From Eledone cirrhosa (lineage: Eukaryota): 64,000 nt of DNA. Location: NCBI GenBank assembly GCA_964016885.1, contig OZ024742.1, forward strand, positions 272,242,001 through 272,306,000, in the 5' to 3' direction. Under the pieces are notes generated by a model. The model saw nothing but the letters and a program-made list of their open reading frames with translations, had not been told where the DNA came from and searched no databases. Shown piece by piece: positions 1 through 14,480 of this stretch. The position numbers and the translations under genes are program-made. Each line of letters begins with the position of its first letter. Positions within the stretch are counted from its first letter, which is position 1.

Positions 1-1020
1 ACCTACACCTGACAATAACTATATCGCCCTTAACAACTCCCTGGCAGCATCCAATAGTGTTGGCAATGGCATCCGCAGACGCAACCAGAATAGCCGCGAA
101 ATGACTGTCGAACATGCAGGACATGACGTGCGGAGTAACAATCACACCACCCCGCGTGCTGTTGGTTGTAATGGTGCCAACGACAGCTGCGGTAGCGTGG
201 GTAACAACATAGGCAGCAACAATGATGGCCTTACAGTTGGAAATAGACGGAACCGCGACAGAAATTGCAACTGCCGCGACAGAGGAATCTGCCCGCTTAG
301 AGGATACTGCTTGACTGATAGGGTTATATATAGATGCACTATAACTAGCCACAATAGCGTTAAACATTATATAGGGGCTACCTCCGGCCCGTTCAAAATT
401 AGGTTTCGAATACATCTCCACTCTTTCACAAATAAAAAAAACTAAGACACTCCACTTCGCTCGCGGACAACATCACATCACTAAAAGACTTAAACATCAG
501 CTTCTCCACGCACTTGGATATTGTCGGCAGGGCTGCACCGTACAACTTCAAGAGGAAATGCTCCTCATGGAGCTCTACCACATCATAACTGCACCCCACG
601 AGCTCATCAACAGCAGAGCTGAAACAGCGATAAGTTGTACACATCGCTTAAAAATATCCTTCTTCAGATGGGATAAAGATGAGGAATGAAGCCGTGCACC
701 GGATCTCCCTGCAACAAGTCGTAACACCCCGGCGGGCAGGCGCTGCAAAAGAACACCCAGGAAACTATCCTTGCCTACCAGACCCAGCCGCAAACGACTC
801 AGACAAACAGAGGCAGCAAAAAAAACATCAACAAAAAAAAACTCTCAAAATAACATGCGTATCGACAATGATAAGGTTGTAACCTCATCTCGTAGCGGAT
901 GAAAAAAAAATGTTTTTTAAAATTGTCCGGGAAAGACTGCAATGTAAGGAACATTTTTGATTATTTATGCCCTTGAGAAGCCCAACTGGGCGAAACGTAC
1001 GTAGGTGCTGTTTTAAATAA
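1..1020 (+). mobile_element. Penelope-like element 3' fragment (GIY-YIG endonuclease, Naiad-like CNC..CPL.G.C motif) with 3' terminal region
   Basis: ORF 101-445 reads CNCRDRGICPLRGYCLTDRVIYRC...HYIGATSGPFKIRF (Cys motif plus GIY-YIG). It is frameshifted at the A-run near 435 and followed by a hammerhead-like motif and AATAAA near 1016. Confidence 0.8.
969..1008 (+). ncRNA. Minimal type I hammerhead ribozyme-like motif (U3-A8 core variant)
   Basis: TTGAGAA (973-979), stem II GCCC-aact-GGGC, GAAA (992-995), palindromic C-gtac-G stem III, GTA triplet. Stem I is weak. It lies at the 3' end of a Penelope-like element. Confidence 0.6.
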
Positions 1021-1310
1021 ACATGTTTTAACGGTCTATTCTCCGATTTCTTACTTTCCCACGTGCTTACCCTCTGCTAATTCTCTAGCCCACTAAATAT
1101 TAAATCTTCGAATATTTAATACTGCCGGCACTAGTATCGAGCACTTTTGGCATACGCTACTTGGCAAATAACTATATGTATTACCTATCTTCCCCTTTTT
1201 TTTCTCTCTCTCGATTCGTAAATACTGTATATATATATATATATATATATACATATTTCGCACACTCTACAATCTCTGTCCACATAGGAATGATGGAGTA
1301 TATTTAGAAT

Positions 1311-1755
<445 letters not shown>

Positions 1756-1779
1756 CTATCTATATAGCTATCTATTTCT

Positions 1780-2230
1780 GGGAGGGACACATGTGTTAAA
1801 ATTGCTCGGTAAGTTTTGTTTAAATTTCTTTAGAAATTCGTCATTGTGAACTTTTATTTGTATACCAATATTGAGAGGGACAGTCAGGTGAAATGTTGAT
1901 ATGTCTCCTAAAATATTGTGCCTCTCAGGGCAAAATCATCCAACATATTTTCGAAAAAGTTTTGCAAAACACTTCAATTTTTTAAAAGATGGCTCAAGCA
2001 AAGGCACCCGCTTCTTTTTCAATACAAGAAGATGGGAAGGGAAAGCCATGTCTACTTGACCAGCAGATATTAGCAGACATGGCCAAAGGAATCCCAACAT
2101 TATCGCCTCAGCATTTAGAAGGGGAATTAGCTTCAGTTGCTTGTAAGCAACTGAACACGCCTGACGTAATGTACGTCACATTTATCCACGCACAGAAGGA
2201 AGAATATGTAGCAAATACTAACACCACCAC

Positions 2231-2289
<59 letters not shown>

Positions 2290-5200
2290 CAATAAATGAG
2301 AACAACAACAATACAACAATCGGCGGCAACACAACGAATGTGAACATCATCACCCACCACCAACAACAATAACAAAAATTCATTTGCAGCAACCGTTGGT
2401 AACCAACAGGTTTTTAAATATGACCACATGGACATTTCCCAAAAGTCCCAATATTTGGAAGAAGCTTCCAACTATGTGACGTTTGAGGGAGACAACCCAC
2501 ACATACACATAACCCTACAAGTAAGAGAGATGACGCAGAAAAATAAACTGATCCGCAGAATAGTTGACTTCATTACCAAAATACCTATAACGCACCCAAC
2601 AAGCACTATTGAAGCTGCACTAAAATATATCAAGCCAGACGTGGCATACCTCCAAAGAGCTAAACAGTATGGAAGTGTGTCAGTGCTCTTTAAGAGCGAA
2701 ACTCTGGCTCAAAAACACTCGGTTCACCCAATAAAAACGGATCAACACATCTTGGGAAGAAGATCCTACAAAATAAAAATAACCAGTATCCCAGCAGAGG
2801 TCAACATATGGTGGATCCTACGCTGCATCCTGAAGAAGGATGAGGAGACCACACCCTCCTATCTGTAGACAGGATATACCGGAATAACTGGTTTGGAACC
2901 TGCATCGAGGTTCTGGTACAAATGAGGCCAGAGAGAGTTGAGAAAATCCCGGACAGGATCGTCCTTGAGGAAGATGTCATCTCCATTTTAGTGGAGAGGA
3001 AAAGACCTCAGTGCCATAAGTGTGGGAAAACAACACACTTAAAAGCCTTTTTCCCTCTCTTAAACAAACCGAGGACATACAAGGTGTTGCAAACACTAAA
3101 AGCCCAACATCAACACCCCAAACAAAACAAAACACAAACACCTGCAACATCCACTCCCACACTACCACAGACCAGAGACAACCACACACAAAAAATCCCA
3201 TTGAAAAACCCTCCATTGCCTCCTCCCTCGCTGTAAAATACTTCCACAAACACCTGCATAAAGACTCCACCACACAACATACCTCTCCCATCTACCCCTG
3301 ATTCTGAATTCTCAGACACGTGAACCTCTACATTTCCAAGTGAGGATGAAGCGGAAAACCAAAAATCCAAAAAACGAAAAAGAGACCACAAAAAACACAA
3401 AAACAAAAACATCTACAAGAAACATGCACACACCCAACTCCGACATAAACATACCGTCACAAAGGACAGCCAGACCAACAACACAATGCCCCCCCCCCCA
3501 ACATTCCACTAACAAAAGTAACACCCATATCACCACAATCACAAAACTCAACCAGAAAAAGAAAACTACAAACAGAAACAGTACACATAAAAAACAAAAC
3601 ACTTTACACACATAAAAACAACAAACAAAAACGAGTAGAAACTGTCCTAAAAGACCCTACTAACCAAACGGTAGGGAAAACATTCTCCACCAATGACCCA
3701 CCCCAAACCTCAAACTGATCAAGGTAACAACCCTATAACATGAAACATTGAAAGGGACCTTCTCACATAATGTGGTCCAGCCCTTGCCAAAACCAGTTAA
3801 CCGTGTCATGCTAAAAGGATTCCCCCCAACCCAAAGACCCCCAATCTGGACATCGATATCGAACAACCCTACCTCCAGGAAACGAAAATGTAAGAGTTCC
3901 TGCCGTTTCTCTCCCTAACTCTTCTTCACCAACATGGTGACTATACAAGTTGAATGTTTGAATGTTTGAATGTACGTGGCCTGGGCAAACCCTGGAAACA
4001 GGACCAGCTTTTAAATGATCTCAGGTCACATTATATAGATGTAATAACCATCACCGAGACCAGAATTGACGACAAGCAGCAGCTAACCCCCATATTCGAT
4101 GACTTTGAGATCTGCGCATCTCTCTGTCAGCCAGGAGATGGAGGGGGAGTTGCTGTTCTGTTTCGAAAAAATTGGGATCTCAAAGCACAGAAGATTCACT
4201 TAGACCCGGAGGGCAGCTTGGTGGTCCTGGACGTGAATGGTAGCGAAGGTGGAGCTTTCAGACTGGTGGAAATATATGCCCCGACTGAGACATCGCGACC
4301 AGAGTTCTTCAGGCGTCTAAAGTCATTCCTGGGGACGTCTCGCTCCTTAGAGTTAGAGGGAACTGGAATGGCATCTCACATACACCTTGGGACTATGTAG
4401 GAGCTTGTGATAATAGAGGGGGTGTAATAGCCTAAAAAATCTCATCAGCCAATTGCAACTGTCTGATAGAAATCGACAAGACTTCCCAAGTGTATCACTT
4501 TGGAAATGGAGCAACTGCACTGGGTCTTCTAGATCGTATTTAGATAGATTTTTAAGGAAACATGAAGCTGTCCACAAATGCACATTGTTGCCTATTCAGA
4601 CCACAAATTAGACACCTGCGTAGTCAACCTTGATAGAACACATAGACAGGGACCAGGATACTGGAAGCTAAACATATCGCTTCCGGTGCGTAAGGCCTAC
4701 AGTAAACGTATTAGCACCTTAGTTAAGTACCAGTTGACGCGGGCGATCGTCAACATGTGGTGGAGCTCTCTCAAGAGAGCAATTAGAATAGAATCGATAG
4801 CATTTAGCAAGGAAGTAGCTTTAGAAAAGAACAAAATCGAAAAGGAACTGGTAGCTAGAGTAGAAGAGGCACTTAGGAATGGCAGTAGAGCTGACGTGCT
4901 AACGACGAGAATGACTCTAGACCAGTTCTTCAACGTGAAACACGAAGGTTGTATTGTCAGAAGTAGAACACGTGCTTTAAGAAACGAGTGAGCCAAAGCT
5001 GTTAGCTGGGCCCGAGTGGCTGAGGCGAAAGGGGGCAACTAAACCACAATTCGGTCATTGCAAGACAAAGATAGACGCACTCTACGTCAATGCAAGAGAT
5101 GTGCCCAGCCTTCCAGCAGCATTTTGCACAAGTGTTCGGGCAAAGTGGTACGTCGAGGGAGGTGATATACTTCAGTTCTTACTTTGACGGCGTACCACGA

Positions 5201-6330
5201 CTCTCGAGCAGGTATGCAGAGAGCTGCAAAAGGTCGACACAGCGGGTCAAATAGAAGCTGCCCTAGGCCGCTGAGGCAAACGCAAATCACTCGGTTTAGA
5301 TGGTCTACACTATTAGTTTTACATAGGCATGCCAGCCTTGTTCTCTGGCGTCCTCGGAGGGGTATACTGCTACTCGCAGCAGAACGGGAGGATTCGCAGT
5401 TCTGTAGGAAGAGAAGTAGTAACGCTGATCAGGAAAGATGAGAACAAGGGCGATGAGATAAGCAATTTCAGGCCCATAACTCTTCTCTACACAGATTTAA
5501 AGATGTTGGCCAAGTTGTTAGCAGCGAGGCTGGCGCATGTCGTCGAGAACCTGGTAGGGGAAGCGCAAACGTGTAAAATCCCGATCAAGTCCATACTCGA
5601 CAACCTCCACCTCATACGATACATCATAGCGAGGATGGGTGTAAACCTGGCTTCGGTGGGGCTCTGATAAATTTAGATCAGTCTAAGGTATTTGATAGAG
5701 TCGACTATCAATACTTGGAACCTGTTCTCAAGGCGACCGGCTTCGGTCTCGTCTTCATAGGCTGGATCGCTGCCATGCACACCAGCATCTGCTCGGCAGT
5801 CAAGGTGGATGGCTACCTATCGGAGCCACTCCAAATCATGCATTCCATCCGTCAACGGTCCCCTCTCTCCTCCATTCAGTATGTACTGACTCTCGCGCCA
5901 TTAATGAGGAAGTTGGAGCTGCTGCATTGCATCCCTATCTAACCAGAACTACGGAAATCAGCATCGGTCTATGCCGACGACATAACCGCAATGGTGTCGA
6001 AAACCATGGACACCGGGGCAATCGGCAACCTATTAGAGGAATACGAAATGTTGACAGGAGGAAGACTAAACCCAAACAAGTCTGTCGGTTTGCAACTCGG
6101 CACATGTAGAGGCAAACCTATGCCTTCCGACAGTGTTGTTGGACGTAGAGTGCAAACTCTCCTTGAAAGGTCGAGCGGGGGTGGCGAACATTTACATAGC
6201 GTCCGTCATCTACTACCGCTTGACAGCCGTGCCTTGTCCCCGCGTTATCTCACCAAAATGGAACGCCTACTCTTCAAATTCCTCTAGAAGAAACAGGCTC
6301 CATTGGTGAGGAGATCCATCTGCTGTCAAT
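1780..6330 (+). mobile_element. Tx1/L1-type LINE copy A, 5' end present, 3'-truncated, decayed
   Basis: ~210 nt leader, then ORF1 from 1989 (poly-N, YGSVSVLF, knuckle CHKCGKTTHLKAF). ORF2 starts at ATG 3934 with APE motifs (LNVRGL, ITETR, SDHK, GPGYWKLN) and RT motifs (NFRPITLL, YADD near 5970). Many stops and frameshifts. Confidence 0.9.
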
Positions 6331-9300
6331 ACAACCATTTTTCCTTAGTCAAGGGGAAATTGAAGCCATCTTGAAGGAAGCTTTGGAAAACATCGATTGT
6401 CTGCAAAGGGGGAGACTGTATGGAAGTATGTCGGTACTTTTTAAAAGCGAGGCCCTCGCACAGAAGCATTCTGTGCAGCCAATCATTTCGAAAACACACA
6501 CCTTTTCCCTACTTACATGGGAAAAAGAACACAGAAATACAAATAAACAGTATACCACCAAACATCAACATCTGGTGGATCTTGGCGGGGTTCGTGGTGA
6601 CAAAAAAAATGACGTAATTCATTCCGTCAGGAAGTCGATCAGACAAAGGTTGGCCGGTACCAATTTGGAGATTCTGGTGCAGATGAGGCCGGAGACAATC
6701 TCCAAAATACCCGAAAAGGTCCTAGTTGACAACAACAACCACATTAACATTTTGGTTGAAGCATGAGAACCACATTGCTTTCGTTGTAATAGCACCACAC
6801 ATCTAAAGTCCTCCTACCCTTTACAAACACGCTCAAACACCAAAACAACTACCACCACAACAAAACAACACACGAAACAAGCAAACACACCAAAACAAAC
6901 ACCAACTCAACCAACAACAACAGAAAACACACAGACAACACCCCTGCAGAACACAGCCCACCCCATCTCACTCCATCAAGTACTACCACAAACACACACA
7001 CCGAGACATCATCATCACACAACATCCCCCGGCCCGACACTCCTGACGATGATTAATCAACAAAAAATGAGGCTGCTTCTTCTTCTTTAAGTGAAGAAGT
7101 AGAACAGCCTCGGAAATAAAACAAAAAGTGACACCACAAAACCCCCAAAACTACAATCACCAACACCAACCACAGACACAAACAACAACACAAACAACAC
7201 CACAGTCAAACATCCCCCTACCAGCAAAACCAACACCAACACCAGCTCAAACACAAGCACCCACCATAAAAAAAACTCCCGAACTAACAACAAACAAAAA
7301 CACAGACAATAAGCATACGTCAACACCAACAACACCAATTTAATGGAGATTATCTCCAAAAATCTCAAGCTGGAAACCGAGGGTAAAACCTTTGTGAAGG
7401 CGGATTCATCTCCACACCTTAAACTTATAAGGGTTTCTATGGAGACCTATAGTGACCTCAAGAATGAATTTTAGCAGGACGTGGGCAACCCCTGCCAGAA
7501 ACCCATCAACCGCGTCCTGTTAAAATGTTTCCCCACCCCAACCAAATGTAGATCGAAAAACCCTATATCCTGGAAACGAAAAGGTAAGTGCATCTTTTTG
7601 TCCTTTTTGTCCAACTCTTCTCCACCAACATGACTAATTTACGAGTTGGAAGTGTGAATGTGCGTAGTCGAGGGATGCCCTGGAAACAGGGTCAACATTT
7701 AAACGACCTTAGGTCACACGATATGGATGTGATAGCCATCACTGAGTCCAGGATCCACAACAGGCAGCAGCTGACCCCTAACTTCAATGAGTTTTTAGAT
7801 CTACGCATCTCTCTGTCAGCCAGGGGGTGGAGGAGTTGTCGCTGTCATGTTTAAACCTGGACCTCGAAGTACAGCAAGGACCCGGAGGGTAGACTGGTAG
7901 ACCTAGACGTGAACAGTGTTAGAGGTGGAGCTTTCAGACTGGTGGCCGTTTATGCCCCGACTGGGCAATCGCGGACAGATTTCTTTAAGCGTCTAGAGTC
8001 TTTTCTGGAAACATCTCGCTCCTTGCTTTTAGTGGGGCACTGGAATGGTATCCTAGATGCACGATGGGACTATATAGGATCATGTCCCAGTAGAGGGGGG
8101 TGCAACAGCCTCAACAATTTAATCAGTCAATTCCAACTGGCTGATATGTATCGACTAGATTTACCGACTTCACCACAGTGGACGTGGGCAAACCGCAGCA
8201 GGACATCTAGATCGTATTTAGATAGGTTCTTCATTAGAGAGAGGGACAAGGAAATGTTAAGCTGCTCACAAATTCCCATGGTTGCCTATTTAGATCACAA
8301 ACTAGTCGTCTGCATAGTCAACCGTGATAGAATACATAGACAAGGACCCGGATACTGGAAGCTGAACGAGTCGTTGCCGGCACGTAAAGCCTACAGTAAA
8401 CGGATAAGTAGATTAGTTAAGCAACATTTAACGGGTATCATCATCAACAATAGATGGTGGTACTCTCTCAAGAGAGCAATTAGAGTAGAATCGTTAGAGT
8501 TTAGCAGAGAATTAGCTTTAGAGAAAAACAAAATAGAAACAGAACTAGTAACCAAGGTAGAAGAGGCGATTAGGAGTGGCAACGCATCGAGAACGACACT
8601 AGATCAGTTCTTCGACGCGAAACACGAAATCTGCGTGGTCAGAAGTAAATCACATGCTCTAGGAAAGCAAGGAGCAAAAGCTGTTAGCTGGGCCCGAGGG
8701 GCGGAGGCAAAATGTGGCAAAAGTCCACGACACGGTCTTTGAAAGACGAAAACGGACGCGTGCTACTTGACCCCGAGCAAATGTGCGCGGCCTTTCAGCA
8801 GCACTTTGCGCGACTGTTTGTGCAGAACTACGGTGCGCTGAATGGGGCAATGGACTTATGTTCAGACTTCGATGGCCTGCCGCGTTTCTCGAGCATGGAC
8901 GCCGAGTTCTGGCAAAGACCGATCAAAGACACAGAGATGCGGGAGGCTCTGGGCCGCTGCGGGAAACACAGATCACCCGGTATAAATGGTAGCCCTATGA
9001 GTTTTGCATAGTCATGCCAGACGTGTTCTCTGGCATCCTCGAAGCCGTCTACTGCAATTGGCAGCAGAACGGAAAAATTCCCAGTTCTGTAGGCAAAGGC
9101 GTAATAACGCTGATCAGGACAGAAGAGAACAAGGGGGCCGAAATAAAAAAATGTCAGGCCCATAACTCTTCTCAACATAGAGTTAAATATTTCGGCCAAG
9201 GTGCTAGCAACGAGGCTGGTGCTTGTCGTCGAAAACCTGGTAGGGGAAGCGCAAACGTGTGCAATCACGACCAGGTCCATACACGACAACCTCCACTACA

Positions 9301-11258
9301 TACGATACATCATAGAGAGGGTATTGTAAACCGGGCTTCGATGGGGCTCTAATCAATTTAGATTAGTCTAAGGCATTCGATAGTTTCGACCATCGATACT
9401 TGAAAACGGTTCTCAAGGCGGCTGGTTTCGTCCCTTTTCAGAGGCTGGATCAAGGGGATGCATACCAGCATCTGTTGGAAGGTCAAGATGAACGGCTACC
9501 CCTCGGAGCCGTTCTCAATTACGTGTTCCATTCGACAGGGATGCCCTCTCTCCTCTATTCTTTACGTATTCACGCTAAAGCCACTACTGCGGAAGTTGGA
9601 GCTGTTGCAGGGCATCCCTTTAGAACCGGTACTGCGCAAAGCGGCGTCGGTAGTGGTGTCGAAAACTTCGGAAATGGCGGTAATCGGCAACCTATTACAT
9701 AAATACGAAAGGTTCACAGATGCAAGACTGAACCCGGACAAGTCTGTCAGTTTGCAACTCGGAACGTGGAGAGGCAAACCGATGCCGTCCGACAGCGTCT
9801 TCGGACGCTGGACGGACGGACCGGTGAAATTGCTCGGGTCTGGTTCGGTCCAGAACTCCAAGGTAAGAACAAGTGGAACGAGACACGGCCAATGTGTTTG
9901 CTCTCACCGAGAATTGGGCAGAGTGCAAACTATCCTTGAAATGTTGAGCGGAGGTGGGGAACACTTTCATAGCGTCCGTCATCTACTACCGCTTGAACGT
10001 CGTCTCTTGACCCCGTGAACACCTCACCAAGATGGAACGCATGCTCTTCCAGTTCCTTTGGAAGAATAAGACTCCACTGGTTAAGAGATCCGTTTGATAT
10101 CAGCACCCTTCCAATGGAGGGCTGGGAATGCCGTGGCTAATGATGCGCAAACATGCGCTGAGGCTGCGGCATCTCCAGGTATTCCTTACCGACCCCCAGC
10201 TTGTGTGGGCACCGTTTGTGAAACAGTCCTTCCCGCACCTCGTCACGCTGACGGTGCTGCAGTCCTGGGTCAAGCGCAGACCGAACATGATTGGCGCCTG
10301 GCGCATTGAATGCGCTCAGGCGCTCACAGTCCTCTGGCAAGCGGGCACTTCGACTTTCTATAGAGTGTTAATACGTTAGCAGGGCGACAACGTGCTCGGA
10401 GAGAATCTGGTCGTCGAAGACGACGAGCTCACTAGTCTGTTTGGTAGGACCTTCCGCCCAGGATCTATGGAGAACTTCCAGATGTCCCTGGACTGGCAGT
10501 GCTACCGAGGAGCTCTACCAGTGCGAGACAAGATCTACAGGCATGGACGCCCTGGCAGGGATCCTTCCAAGAGGACGTATCCAAGATGCGAGCAAGCCAT
10601 TGAAACCATCTTGCACGAAATTGTACACTGCCAAGGGCGTAACTGACCTGTGGATCTACGCAGAACAACTGCTGTCGCGTATGGGACAAATCCAGTTGAA
10701 TGCTGAGTCCATAGTAAGGATCAAACCGGCAACCTATTTCAAAAACGAAAGAGAGACGGTTTTCCTCGGTATAGTGGCTACAGTGAAAGAGGTTATATGG
10801 TGGACAATAGTGAGAGGACTGAGGACAGATGCCTTTCTCTCCGGACAACAACTTATTCCCGTCTTCAGATACCACTTTAGAAGGAGAATCAGTGTGTAGA
10901 GAGAGGCACTGTACCCCAGTAAATTTACTGATATGTGGGTGAATGCAGCAAAAATGGCTCGAGTGATTGGGCCTTCTCTGTATATAAACCTGTAGGTTGA
11001 AGAAGAGAGCAAAAGGAAGAAAGGAACACTTGCACAAAACGCTCCTGGAGTTAAGGGTTGTTCTATCTACGGGGTATTAAACAACTCATTTGTAACTCCC
11101 CCCCCCCCCCCCCCCCCACACACACACACCTATTGGGGATTTCGATTGTTGAATTTGTTTGTTAAAAGCTTCATTTTACACGATTGTATGTAAAAACTCC
11201 GGCATATGTCCTTGTAGTGTCCCCTTTTCTTGTGTGCCATTGTACGAAATAAAGAAAT
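6331..11258 (+). mobile_element. Tx1/L1-type LINE copy B, 5'-truncated within ORF1, 3' end present, decayed
   Basis: ORF1 remnant (YGSMSVLFKSE, CFRC knuckle). ORF2 starts at ATG 7630 (SVNVRS, SYLDRF, GYWKLN, SIRQGCPLS, C-terminal Cys motif). The 3' UTR has a poly-C run and AATAAA (~11248), followed by TATC repeats. Confidence 0.9.
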
Positions 11259-11304
11259 ATATCTATATATCTATCTGTCTATCTCTCACTCTCTCTCTCT
11301 TTTA

Positions 11305-14045
11305 ATTTTCGTTACCTCATCTTAAAGTCCATTTTGCATTGTTTAGCCTTCAATCCCTTTCAAATGTATATACTACATACAATGCATTAAACAAACTATA
11401 ACGTTTTATTATCACTATGCCGGAGCCAGGCCCAGCTTGCAATTATAAGGAACTATTCAAACTACTAGAGAAACGTGCCATGTCGGTTGCCAAATCAACT
11501 TTCAAAACATTGCCTCAAAAACAATAAAATACCCAACACAATCAAGAACATATAATGACCACCATGCTTCTAGTTACCAAACCTCAGGCAACCACAAGTC
11601 TACGTTAAAATCCTGCATCAAGAAAATCATACAAAACTTACATTACCAAATTCACCACCACATACAACAGTCACCGACACACTTCCAAAATTAATTATAA
11701 CGCCAGAGTCACTGCTCCAGAAACAAACAGCTGCTATATATCGATGTTATCACAACCACCTCAATCTTGAGTAGAAAGGCATGAAACGAACGTTCCTATA
11801 AATGTTCAAGAAACACCACCGGAACAACAATTCCTCACACTGCAACAACAGAGACAGTCAAGGAACTACCACTTGTGAGATCACAGACACTTCAAACAAT
11901 AGCACAACTCTCGTCACATACTTGACAGGATCACTATCACAGGAAGAACTTAAACTCCTTCGTCTTGGCCCAAAATGTATATTAACTCAGTGACTAGACG
12001 ACAGGATAAAACTAAATCTTTAAGCCAGATTTTGCTGAGCTGCCTACCAACTCAAATGGATCTCAGTAATAAACACTACTACTGCGATGATCAACACTAA
12101 ATTTCCTATATACCATTTAGACCACCCGATCTCTTGACCCCAGTCTCTCCAGATTTAAGCAGTCTATGTTTAGCATATTATTCAAACACAATAACTTCAT
12201 CACCGGGAACAGCAGACTACCAACGATCTACCCCTCATTAAACCCCACAAAACCAGTGTTAATCTACAGATTAGACGAATTGTATAGAATATAGGAGGAT
12301 ACCTCTATAAAATCTCATGGTTGCTCTCCAAGATACTCAAGCCTATGCTTGCTAGTTTTCTTGGACATTTCAGCAGCTCCAACGAGCCATACAAAGACTA
12401 CATCAACTACAACCTAACCAAATTAAACTCAAAATATATGCCTTTAGCCTCGGCGTTGTCTCCCTCTACACGACAGTACCCGCTTATCCAGGGTCAACCT
12501 ATTGACTAACTGCATTATTTCATACAACATATATTGCATCGGCCTCACTCCACAAGACATACATCAGCTTCTATCCGTCATCGTAGAAATACATATTTCA
12601 TTTTCTACCACCACACATACAAACAAACAACAGGTCTGCCCATGGGGTCCAGTTCTTCAGGCCTCCTAGCCATCACCTATATGAACCAACTGGAACGTCG
12701 AGTACTCAACACCTGCCGCTCCTGTTTTCTTCACCCGATACATAGATGATATATTCGTCATCACATCATCCCGTGGAGAAGCCGACATAATATAAACGGC
12801 AATTTGAAATACAGATAACAACATACGATTTACCACAGAACAACCCGATAAAAAATGGTACCTTTCCACGCTGGACTTCCAGCATAGAGTAACAGATAAA
12901 GGTACTATATACACCAACATCTATAAGAAAGCTGCCAGCAGAGACCTCTTTGTGCATTAGAGATCAACCCTTCACTTTGGTGTTAACACCAGTTACATAT
13001 CCGGAATAAATGTAGCAAGACAAAGGACTAGATCATCCACACTGTACACTTCATAGATGTAATAAAGACGAACGGATACCTAACAACCACAGTGGATTGA
13101 CTTAAGAATCGAAGGCGCAACAGACATAAGAACTCCTCTAAAATATTTAAAGAAATTACCACGTTTCAGCAAAAGAATAACCACGTCTATTCGCAGAGCT
13201 ATCCGCAAAGAAGGACTGGACATACAGCTAGCATACTCCGGCTCTTCGCTGCGGGGATACCTGTCTCAAAATCAATCCAGAGACAACAACAATCAATACG
13301 CGCTGACTAACTGCCCAATCCCTCAGACAGGTATGTGCCAGTGGACACATGCAGTATACCGGATTGAATGCAACAAATGTAAGGTGTTCTACATTGGTAG
13401 CACGATTCTCGCACTCCATACTCGCATTAAAGAAACCTCAACTCACGCGCATCTTCATTCAAATAACACATCGACAAATGTAGAAATATCAACCAATATA
13501 TTACCGTAACATGAAAGCCAGTGATAGAAATATAGGCAATTTAAGAGTTAAGGGAGCCTTGGTAATACGTTGAATCAGCACGCAAATAAATAATAGAATA
13601 GGACTCAGCTTACAGTACTTGACGTAAAAAGACACACCCACAGGCACACAAACTAAACATCTCATACAAAAAAGAAAAATTGATTTCGTGAAATACTATT
13701 TCGGCAATTGACGACATTGACGTCGAAAGCGAAGTAACCATCGAAAAACGCTTGAATACGACTTAGAAAGAATTTAAATCAAAATCAGAATTTCATCCCA
13801 AACTGAGGAAATTGGAGCGTTATCCACTTAAGTTTCCTAAAACCCTGATGAAGGGCGTTTTAAGTCCCAAAATATTGGACCGATAAAAGAACAATACCAA
13901 CAACAATAAAGCAAAAGAAAGATTACGAGGTAACTTTTACTTTTTGTTACCTCACCTTGCAGTGAATTTTCACTATCAAGCATTCTATCCCTTTCAATGT
14001 TATATATTATATACAATGCTTCAAGCAAACTATAACATTTTATTA
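11305..14045 (+). mobile_element. Decayed Penelope-like element with pseudo-LTR direct repeats
   Basis: RT motifs YKQTTGLPMGS and YIDDIF (~12740) and GIY-YIG VYRIECNKCKVFYIGST (~13353-13400). ~100 bp diverged direct repeats lie at ~11305-11410 and ~13942-14045. Confidence 0.8.
13843..13880 (+). ncRNA. Degenerate hammerhead-like motif in the Penelope 3' region
   Basis: CTGATGA (13845-13851), stem II agggc...gtccc, then AAAA in place of GAAA. Probably inactive. Confidence 0.45.
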
Positions 14046-14259
14046 TAAATAAATATATTATAAAGTGTAGTGACCCGATAGTTGAGCTGTTGTCGTTTCA
14101 ACAGCTAGTTTAAGTCAGAGACTAGCTCTTGAAACAGTAAGAGCTCAGCCGTCGTGTCCCAACACTGTAACAACTACCCCTAGTTTCGAGTAGTCTGTTG
14201 CGTAATAGTCTAATAAGTTTAAAACTGAATTCATCCTGATTTGTATATGGATATATATG

Positions 14260-14260
14260 C

Positions 14261-14297
<37 letters not shown>

Positions 14298-14316
14298 TAG
14301 AGAGAAGGAGGGAAAA

Positions 14317-14397
<81 letters not shown>

Positions 14398-14480
14398 AAG
14401 ATAGAGAGATAGAGAGAGAGAGATACAGATAGAGAGATAGAGAGAGAGAGATGGGTGGCAGGGGGAGAGGGAGAGAGAGA
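14260..14480. repeat. (TA)n/(GA)n compound microsatellite
   Basis: Direct reading. Confidence 0.95.

Noticed and set aside
860-905. SECIS-like ATGA...AA...GA downstream of the Naiad-like ORF
   Set aside because: The spacing is short, helix II does not pair, and no in-frame TGA at a Cys position was seen.
14066-14250. TGT-initiated LTR-like repeat with partial matches at ~18255-18300 and ~20550-20590
   Set aside because: There is no matching ACA end, TSD, PBS or internal domain. It is at most an unclassified dispersed repeat.
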